Position numbers and translations under genes: made by a program | The notes under the pieces: generated by a model | Databases searched by the model: none | What the model saw: the letters and a program-made list of their open reading frames with translations, nothing else | What the model was told of the DNA's origin: nothing | Source of the DNA: Promethearchaeota archaeon Loki_b31 | Lineage (GTDB): Archaea; Asgardarchaeota; Lokiarchaeia; Sigyniarchaeales; SOKP01 | Length of the DNA stretch: 43,477 bases | Direction of reading: 5' to 3' | NCBI GenBank assembly: GCA_005222975.1 | Contig: NJBI01000029.1 | Span: 1-43,477 of the forward strand | Shown here: one piece after another, positions 36,808-43,477 of the stretch | Layout: the number at the start of each line of letters is the position of its first letter | Numbering within the stretch: the stretch's first letter is position 1

Positions 36808-37098
36808 GTGCATATGTCTGACCAATTAAAATTAGGCTTATACATGAAAAATATGTTTTCAGACTTAATTTATATTAACAGTATTATTGCTACTGAATTA
36901 ATAAAAATTACTGAAAACTTAGCCGCATTAAGGCATGGAGAGGAATTTTTGAAAAAAAGTAGTTGTTTGCGCGAACACAACGCCTTAAATCGGGAAATTT
37001 TAGGCATTTTAGATAAATATAATAAAGCTCCAAACGAAATTACAAGAAAAAAATGTTTAGAGAAACATGTTTTAAACCATTTAGAGGATAGCAAATAA
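36808..37098 (+). CDS. Small helical hypothetical protein upstream of IscU
   Basis: 96-aa ORF ending 1 bp before the IscU ATG; IATELIKITENL motif. Start likely ATG 36814. Confidence 0.7.
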   Translation: MHMSDQLKLGLYMKNMFSDLIYINSIIATELIKITENLAALRHGEEFLKKSSCLREHNALNREILGILDKYNKAPNEITRKKCLEKHVLNHLEDSK

Positions 37099-37099
37099 C

Positions 37100-37540
37100 A
37101 TGCCTGAAGATGAGGATGATTTTGATAAGTTTGTTGAAAGACTCCAACAAGAGATAATAGATGAAGAGATTGAAGTTTTTAACAAATATGTTGTTAATTT
37201 ATATCATAATCCAAAAAATTGGGGAATACCGTCTAATTTCACAGTTTCACATTCATATAAAGGACCATGTAACGACACCATGGAATTTTTTTTAACAATT
37301 AAAGATGGAATAATTGAAAGCGCAAATTTCTATACCGATGGTTGTGGCGCGACTGTAGCAACAGGAAGTCAAACTACATTATTAATTGAAGGAAAACCTA
37401 TTGAATTTGCAGAGAATTTGAAACCAGAAGATATTGATCGCGAGTTACACGGTTTACCGGACGATCATAAACATTGCTTAGAATTAACTGTTATAACTTT
37501 AAGGAGTCTAATTGAAAAATATAAAAACAATAAGGTTTAA
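37100..37540 (+). CDS. iscU: Fe-S cluster scaffold IscU/NifU-N family
   Basis: NPKNWG, GPCNDTM, DGCG and HKHC give the three conserved Cys. Confidence 0.9.
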   Translation: MPEDEDDFDKFVERLQQEIIDEEIEVFNKYVVNLYHNPKNWGIPSNFTVSHSYKGPCNDTMEFFLTIKDGIIESANFYTDGCGATVATGSQTTLLIEGKPIEFAENLKPEDIDRELHGLPDDHKHCLELTVITLRSLIEKYKNNKV

Positions 37541-37551
37541 TTAATCTTAAC

Positions 37552-38271
37552 ATGACTACTGTAGAAATAGAAAATATAGAAATTCCGATAGAATCTGATA
37601 ATATAGAGCTCAAAGGTTCAATTTATTATTCGTTGAATACGCCTCCAAAAGCCCCTTTTATAATAAACCTTGCGGGATTATTAGATCATCGAGAAAGTTA
37701 TTTTGTAAAGTTGTTTACAGAAAAGTTTGCGAGTGTTGGATTTTACGTCTTATCGTATGATTACCGCGCACATGGAGAGACTAAAAAGCAAACAGGTTCA
37801 AGATGGGATAAAATGGTTGCTAAAATATTTTCAGATATTAAAGAAGTAATTAGTTGGGTTGTAAATGAGCAATCAGAAAGATTATTAGACGATAAGATAG
37901 TATTGTTTGGCAGAAGTTTGGGAGGAGCAATTATTTTAACTCACGGGTTTCTTGATATGAGGGTAAAAAAGTTAATAGCACTGTGCACTCGTTATGATTA
38001 TATAACAACAAGGATAAGATTCCCCGATGAGATTATAAAACTTATAAGCCCTAAATATTATTTAAATAAAGATCCGAAAAATAATGAGAGAATCTTGATT
38101 GCCCATTGTAAAGATGATAACCGCATTCCTTTTGAGTATTTAGACCAGATAAAAAAACATCTTGGACTAAAGAAGGAAAATGTAATACAATTCGAAACAG
38201 GGGGTCATTCATTCAAGGGGCATAGAGAAGAAATTTTCAAAATTTCTCTTGAATTTTTAAAAAAAATATAA
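37552..38271 (+). CDS. Alpha/beta hydrolase
   Basis: YDYRAHGE, nucleophile elbow GRSLGG, HCKDD, GGH catalytic His. Confidence 0.9.
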   Translation: MTTVEIENIEIPIESDNIELKGSIYYSLNTPPKAPFIINLAGLLDHRESYFVKLFTEKFASVGFYVLSYDYRAHGETKKQTGSRWDKMVAKIFSDIKEVISWVVNEQSERLLDDKIVLFGRSLGGAIILTHGFLDMRVKKLIALCTRYDYITTRIRFPDEIIKLISPKYYLNKDPKNNERILIAHCKDDNRIPFEYLDQIKKHLGLKKENVIQFETGGHSFKGHREEIFKISLEFLKKI

Positions 38272-38324
38272 GAAAGAATTCATTAATTAAAATGTTAAAA
38301 TCCCAATAGATAAAGTGGTATTTT

Positions 38325-39233
38325 ATGGAAAAAATTCTTATTGTAGGTCCAGCTTCTCAAATACTGGGAGTAAAGATTGCAAAAGAATTAAATATTGAAT
38401 CGATAAATACCGAATTTAAAACGTTTCCTGACGGAGAGAATTATCTGAGAATTAACATTGAAGATGAAACTATAATAGAAGGAAAAGCAGTCATCATCGT
38501 TCAATCAACAGGACCAAATTTTTGCGGCAACCAAAATTCAAGACTAATTGAACTAATAATGATGGTAGATTCCGTCAAACGAATGGGGGCAAGCAAAATA
38601 ACTATCGTAGTACCTTATCTTGCTTATGCTAGGCAAGATAAAGTATTTAGACCCGGTGAATGTCCTTTTGCTCATGTGATTTTACGTATGATTAATTCTT
38701 TAGGTATAGATGAATTTTATACTGTTGATGTTCATACTCCTGAAATTTTAGAAAATTTATCGTGTAAAACAATTAATATTGATTCAATGAAGATATTAGC
38801 AGATTACATTAAGTCTTTAAGTGAAAAAGACATTGTTGTTGTTTCACCTGACAAAGGCGCAGTTGAAAGATCTAAAGCTTTTGCAAAACATTTTGGAGAA
38901 CATGTACTTGTTGATTATTTTGAGAAAACTCGCAACGTTAAAACCGGAGAAATAACTATGACGGGCAATTTAAGTTTGAAAAATAAAGATGTAGTCATTG
39001 CAGATGATATTATCGCAACAGGAGGAACGATGGCAACAGCAATCAGATTATCTAAAGATAGTGGGGCTAAAAAAGTATTTGTTGTGGCAACACACGCTTT
39101 AATGTTGCAGCATGCGAAATATCGCATCTTAAAAGCTGGAGCAGATTATATCATAGGTACTGATTCTATTGATAACGAAGTAGCTAAAGTGTCTTTAGCT
39201 AAAACTATAGCAGATTATTTAAAATTCGATTAA
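38325..39233 (+). CDS. prs: Ribose-phosphate pyrophosphokinase
   Basis: FPDGE, PYLAYARQDK, SPDKGA, DDIIATGGT. Confidence 0.96.
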   Translation: MEKILIVGPASQILGVKIAKELNIESINTEFKTFPDGENYLRINIEDETIIEGKAVIIVQSTGPNFCGNQNSRLIELIMMVDSVKRMGASKITIVVPYLAYARQDKVFRPGECPFAHVILRMINSLGIDEFYTVDVHTPEILENLSCKTINIDSMKILADYIKSLSEKDIVVVSPDKGAVERSKAFAKHFGEHVLVDYFEKTRNVKTGEITMTGNLSLKNKDVVIADDIIATGGTMATAIRLSKDSGAKKVFVVATHALMLQHAKYRILKAGADYIIGTDSIDNEVAKVSLAKTIADYLKFD

Positions 39234-39239
39234 ATGCTT

Positions 39240-39782
39240 CTAATAATTCTGAATTATTTCTAAAACTATCTCTCTTGTTATTTTTTTTAATTCTTCTTTA
39301 GAAGAATCGTTCATAATTTTGTAGTTGGCTTTATTTATTACATCTTTAAGGCCAAATCCTAACTCTCGTTTATCCCGTTTCATAATTTCTATAAGAGTTT
39401 TTGAATCATCACTACGAGCACGCTTTTTTATTCTTTTATATCGCAGATATTCACTAGTTTCAATAGCAATAACCGGAAATTTCCAATACCTACGAAATAC
39501 TTCTATTTCAGATAGAGATCTTATTCCATCCACGAAAACTACTTTATTTGTTTGGTTTTTAATCATCTCAACCGATTTTTCCGCCACAATCGCATCACCC
39601 CCTCGTTCTCTTAATTCTTTGGCTATTTTACCCAAATTTTCGTTATTAGGTTCAATATTTTTATTTATAGCCTCTTTCCTAATCACATCGCCCATCGTTA
39701 TAGTTATACCTAAATCTTCAATCGCAATTAAAGCAGTTGATTTACCAGAACCAGGAAGTCCGCAAAATCCAATAACTTTCAT
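39240..39782 (-). CDS. UPF0200-family P-loop kinase (often annotated dephospho-CoA kinase-like)
   Basis: GLPGSGKS, MGDVIR, DGIRS, RARSDD, RDKRELGFG. Confidence 0.85.
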   Translation of the reverse strand: MKVIGFCGLPGSGKSTALIAIEDLGITITMGDVIRKEAINKNIEPNNENLGKIAKELRERGGDAIVAEKSVEMIKNQTNKVVFVDGIRSLSEIEVFRRYWKFPVIAIETSEYLRYKRIKKRARSDDSKTLIEIMKRDKRELGFGLKDVINKANYKIMNDSSKEELKKITREIVLEIIQNY

Positions 39783-39883
39783 AACTTTTAAGAATGTTTT
39801 TCGAATTAATTTAAAAAGACTATAAAAGAATAAAAACCATTAATTTATAATTAATTTGTCAAAATACTATATAAATTGATTAT

Positions 39884-41140
39884 TTGATGAGCGGAAGAGA
39901 CACTAGTAATAATGATGTAGATGACAATATCGCTGAACAAAACGAAAACGAGAAAGAAGATAATGAAACATTGACTACTAAATCAGATGATATTATTGAA
40001 TTATCAACAAAAGAACATCATATTCAAAAATATGGTTTTGATCCAGCGGAAACTCCTACATTTATTTCATACAACGCATATAGGCGAATTATTGGCTACG
40101 CAATGCGATATGGAAATAAAGATTTACCTCAAAAAACTTGGCGTGAAGTTTATGGAATTCTAATAGGCTCGATAAAAGATAACAAAGAAGTTATCATTAA
40201 AGATGCAATCCCCGTGATGGTTGGTGATAGAGCCTATGTTGAATATAAAAGCAAACATTATGTAGATACAGCACAATTTAACACGGCAGTCTATGAAAGA
40301 TCTATCCAAGATAATAAAGAAGAGTTCTTTGTAGGGTGGTGGCATACACACCCAGGTATTGGCTTTATATTTTCGCCTAGAGATATTGAAACGCAACTGT
40401 TTTATCAAGGTGTAAATCCTTTTGCTATAGCTTTAGTGTTTGATCATTGTGAAATAGGTTCTAGTACTTATTACTTAGGAATTGCGGGAATAAGGCTAAA
40501 GAACCCAGATCGCGGCATGTTTGCTACTTATTCTAATACTATAGAACTAAAATTTGAATTAAGTAAAGAAAAAATGGTAAAAAACGCTGAAAAAGAAGTT
40601 AAAAAAATTTTTAAAAACATGAAAAATGTTTTAAAGGAAGTTAAGTATATTGATGATATTTTACGACGAAGGTATTTGGCTCAACTCCAGAGAAACTTTG
40701 GTCTCATTACGGTCTTGAAAAAAGAGATTAAATTAACTGATGAAGAAAAAGAAGCTGAAGAGGATGACTATTACTTATACGAATGGGATCCTGATATTGA
40801 CAAAAAAATTTATAGAATCCCTAAATTTAGAGAAAAAATAGAAAAAGAACTTAAAAAATGCGAAGATAATCTAATTCAGATAAAGAAAACTAATCAAATG
40901 AAAGATTTTGAACAAAAGAAAGATAAATTTAAAAAAAAAATTAAAGCAATGCTAGCCAAGCCGAATGAATGGCATAAAAAACTAATGAACGAGTTTACTA
41001 AGCGTATTGAAATTATTTCTCCTCTTTTTGATTATTTAGATACAGATGAAAGGAAAATAATTGAACACTTTGAGGAAAGAAGTTCTGATTATAAAAAGAT
41101 ATTAGACGATCTTAATTCTCGTTCAGAATTTAATATTTGA
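39884..41140 (+). CDS. Rpn11/CSN5-like JAMM isopeptidase with long C-terminal coiled-coil region
   Basis: REVYGILIG, VGWWHTHPGIGFIFSPRDIETQ, ALVFD; acidic N-terminal extension; K/E-rich helical C-terminal half. Confidence 0.88.
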   Translation: MMSGRDTSNNDVDDNIAEQNENEKEDNETLTTKSDDIIELSTKEHHIQKYGFDPAETPTFISYNAYRRIIGYAMRYGNKDLPQKTWREVYGILIGSIKDNKEVIIKDAIPVMVGDRAYVEYKSKHYVDTAQFNTAVYERSIQDNKEEFFVGWWHTHPGIGFIFSPRDIETQLFYQGVNPFAIALVFDHCEIGSSTYYLGIAGIRLKNPDRGMFATYSNTIELKFELSKEKMVKNAEKEVKKIFKNMKNVLKEVKYIDDILRRRYLAQLQRNFGLITVLKKEIKLTDEEKEAEEDDYYLYEWDPDIDKKIYRIPKFREKIEKELKKCEDNLIQIKKTNQMKDFEQKKDKFKKKIKAMLAKPNEWHKKLMNEFTKRIEIISPLFDYLDTDERKIIEHFEERSSDYKKILDDLNSRSEFNI

Positions 41141-41237
41141 ACTTCTAATTCTCACAAATTTTTTAAATAACTTTTATATTACTTGGAGTAATATTAATCT
41201 TAATCTGCTTTTAAATCAAACTTAACAAATTACTTTC

Positions 41238-41582
41238 ATGCCTAGTAATACAACACTTATAATAATAAGAAATCGCGCAGATAAAGAAAAAACAATAAAA
41301 GAAGCCATTTTTGCTTTTTCAGGGGGTACTAAATCGCTTTTAATAAAAGGAGAAGGCGAAGAGATTTCTACCGCAGTTGAAGTAGCAGAAATTGTAAGAA
41401 ATCGCATGTATCCTGGTGTAGAAATAGAGAATATTTCACTGGGAAGTCGTCCTTATTTCGAAAAAAGACAGCAAGGTAATTATAGAAGAAATAACAATTA
41501 TAGAAAAAATAACTCAGATAATCGAAATAAAAAGGATTTAATTAGTAAAATTGAAATTACAATTTCAAAATCAAAAATCTAA
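41238..41582 (+). CDS. Divergent Alba-family protein
   Basis: LLIKGEGEEISTAVEVAEIVRNR, IENISLGS, ISKIEITISK match the Alba pattern. Confidence 0.82.
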   Translation: MPSNTTLIIIRNRADKEKTIKEAIFAFSGGTKSLLIKGEGEEISTAVEVAEIVRNRMYPGVEIENISLGSRPYFEKRQQGNYRRNNNYRKNNSDNRNKKDLISKIEITISKSKI

Positions 41583-41631
41583 ACTTTATAATCAACATTA
41601 AATTAACTTATATTGATGTAGATAACCATTT

Positions 41632-41805
41632 ATGACATTTGACAAGTTAGGTCCCGTCTTAAACGAAACGCGAACCACAACTTTGTGTATGGTATGCGGA
41701 GATTATATATACAAAAGAATTTACCAAGACGAAAATTCGAAAAATAAAGAGAAGACAATTTTCGTTTGTAAAAACTGCTTGAGAAACGAAGAGAAGAAGA
41801 AGTAA
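41632..41805 (+). CDS. Small zinc-finger protein (57 aa), absent from the ORF track
   Basis: MTFDKLGPVLNETRTTTLCMVCGDYIYKRIYQDENSKNKEKTIFVCKNCLRNEEKKK: ATG start, two CxxC pairs, TAA at 41803-41805. Confidence 0.8.
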   Translation: MTFDKLGPVLNETRTTTLCMVCGDYIYKRIYQDENSKNKEKTIFVCKNCLRNEEKKK

Positions 41806-41818
41806 AGTTCAATTTTAT

Positions 41819-42640
41819 TTATTTGAGCTCAGAATTTTTCTTATTTCCTTTATCAAGATATTTTTCCCAATTAAATTGAAAAATGAATTGCATAATTGCT
41901 AGAGTAAGTAATAACATTATAGATTCGGTTATCACGCTCGAGATATCATTAAATTCGATTCCCGTAGCATTAAATCCAAGTAAAATTAATAAAGGGAAAA
42001 TTACATAGAATAGAGTGGTGATATTCTTCCCTGCCCAAGCCCATATAATACACCTAGAGAAATTTATTTTTTTATCTGACATTCCTAAAGCGATCCATAG
42101 AGGATCGTCGGGAATTGGCAGAGCTGCGGCAATAAATATGTATAAATGCATGGATTTTGGGTGATCTAATACCAGCTTGCCGAATCCTTGTATGTTTTCA
42201 AGTGTTTTTGAGTGAGTTCTATTAGCAATCTTTTTTGCGCCAAGCCCTATTAAGAAGCCTACAAGTTCGCCTATTGCGCTCCCCAACCCGCCAACAACAG
42301 CGATTCCTAATATTTCTAACCAAAACGGACCATTTATCAATACTTCACTCAAGGTCAATCCTGCAATTGAATATTTAAGATAAATAGAATTAGAATAAGA
42401 AAAAAGAATAAAGGGATATGGTATAGGAAACCCTATGCTAGCGTTTCCTATAAGACAAATAAAAAAAGAGATTAAGAGTGCTATGATATAATTGGAACCG
42501 TCTGTAAGTCCAGTAATATCATGCCTTGACAGAATAATTGCTTGTTGAATCTCTGGAACTGTTAAGAATAAGATCAAATAGATAATAACCCCTAAGTAGA
42601 AAAAAGTGAAAACAATAGTTAATTTTTTCGAAGTAGCCAT
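41819..42640 (-). CDS. VTT/DedA (SNARE-associated)-like membrane protein
   Basis: GNASIGFPIPY, GGLGSAIGELVGFLIG, AALPIPDD, WAGK. Confidence 0.82.
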   Translation of the reverse strand: MATSKKLTIVFTFFYLGVIIYLILFLTVPEIQQAIILSRHDITGLTDGSNYIIALLISFFICLIGNASIGFPIPYPFILFSYSNSIYLKYSIAGLTLSEVLINGPFWLEILGIAVVGGLGSAIGELVGFLIGLGAKKIANRTHSKTLENIQGFGKLVLDHPKSMHLYIFIAAALPIPDDPLWIALGMSDKKINFSRCIIWAWAGKNITTLFYVIFPLLILLGFNATGIEFNDISSVITESIMLLLTLAIMQFIFQFNWEKYLDKGNKKNSELK

Positions 42641-42668
42641 TTAGTTCTCCTTGATTTCTCTTTTAAAC

Positions 42669-43058
42669 CTATTTCACTCTGGAGAGTTTTGTTCCTAAGC
42701 CATTTCTAGCTTGCAGAAAAAATTCTATATTTTCCGTTACTTTTCCAATCTTATTTACTTTGTTTGGCATTTCTGTACTTTCTATAAGGATTATCAATTC
42801 ATCAGTTTTTGGATTATATATAATATCTCCTTTTTCAACGATTTTAATTGATTTCGAATTATGGCCTTTATATAATTCCAAACCTGGAAGCGTCCAATAA
42901 GTTTTTGCTCCAAAATCAAATCGACCTTTTAGAACAAAAGGCATCTTATTTAGAATAGCATCGGCAGAGAAGGGGGCATAATGTCGAATTATATTAGCAA
43001 ATACGCTCCCAATCCCGAAGAGATCAATTTTTATGGAAATTACTCCGCTATCAGACAT
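42669..43058 (-). CDS. Cyclophilin-like fold protein (DUF369-like)
   Basis: RHYAP..ADAILNKMPF, VEKGDIIY, VNKIGKV. Confidence 0.75.
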   Translation of the reverse strand: MSDSGVISIKIDLFGIGSVFANIIRHYAPFSADAILNKMPFVLKGRFDFGAKTYWTLPGLELYKGHNSKSIKIVEKGDIIYNPKTDELIILIESTEMPNKVNKIGKVTENIEFFLQARNGLGTKLSRVK

Positions 43059-43477
43059 AATCGCTCAATAATTTGTATACTGTAATTAATAGAAACGGAA
43101 CAAAAGATTTAAATAGTCGTTTTGTAATATATATTGTTGGACAATAGTAATAATATATGCATTGGTTTAGAATTCATCAATACAATTGAAACAACCAGCT
43201 TGTTGTTGCAAAATTGATAATAGGTTCTGGATTTTTTTAGTACACCCAGAGTTAATACTTATGCCTTGATTTCCACGCGGATTTATTTTATCACGTTCCT
43301 TTAGTGCGCTATACTAAAACACAGGAAAATTAATTTACACTAAGTATATCCCATTCCTAATAAATTAGCACTTTGGAGCAATAATGTAATAATAGAGATA
43401 TAGCAATCAGTTTAGAATTGATATTAGTTATGGTGCAAATTGACACTCTTGCCTGATCTCTTGTCGAATTAAACAAT

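Noticed and set aside
39325-39825. 166-aa plus-strand ORF
   Set aside because: Antisense shadow of the well-supported P-loop kinase; no recognisable motifs.
6616-41140. A single operon-level eukaryote-signature system
   Set aside because: The ESP-like genes are dispersed among housekeeping genes on both strands; co-location alone does not show they act together.
1312-41812. Short track ORFs overlapping real genes (1312, 5317, 6095, 6691, 7032, 10440, 11221, 12674, 13502, 14794, 18401, 18656, 20295, 26488, 26778, 29882, 34093, 35086, 36870, 38915, 40160, 41222, 41630)
   Set aside because: All lie antisense to motif-supported genes and have no independent family signal. 41630-41812 is displaced by the plus-strand zinc-finger ORF.
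1-43477. CRISPR array or cas genes associated with the TnpB (Cas12f-like system)
   Set aside because: No regularly spaced direct repeats or cas genes were seen near tnpB or elsewhere by eye.
43059-43477. Possible gene fragment at the right edge
   Set aside because: Minus-strand frame is protein-like in places but has several stops and no recognisable motif; cannot be supported.

Overview
AT-rich, gene-dense archaeal chromosomal segment, most likely from an Asgard archaeon (Lokiarchaeia/Promethearchaeota). This rests on a Loki-CTERM-type sorting tail, a Rab-like GTPase, a longin-domain protein, an archaeal histone, Rps8e, SRP19, a proteasome beta subunit, an archaeal-type ThrRS and an intron-containing tRNA. 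Most genes are housekeeping or metabolic (ribK/ribL/translin, thrS, prs, IscU, HypA, two GHMP kinases plus a nucleotidyltransferase, BKACE, ATP-grasp ligase). There is one stand-alone TnpB element next to tRNA-Pro(GGG), and no CRISPR array or rRNA was seen. Highlights: (1) a hypothetical protein at 33176-34423 that aligns by eye, colinearly over about 300 aa, with the eukaryotic Bro1/ALIX ESCRT-III adaptor domain; (2) five to six genes whose conserved or likely N-termini can only be reached from near-cognate start codons (CTG, ATC, ATA, ATT); (3) a gelsolin-like domain fused to four TM helices in an apparent operon with a CDP-alcohol phosphotransferase; (4) an NPRL2-like longin+wHTH protein; (5) a stand-alone 7TM protein with a small partner gene; (6) a TnpB with the Fanzor-type rearranged RuvC site; (7) a tRNA intron at non-canonical position 25/26; (8) a ThrRS with a Cys-to-Asp change at a zinc ligand; (9) a 44-bp identical tract between diverged tandem paralogs. 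All homology calls are by-eye motif comparisons from memory; no searches were run.
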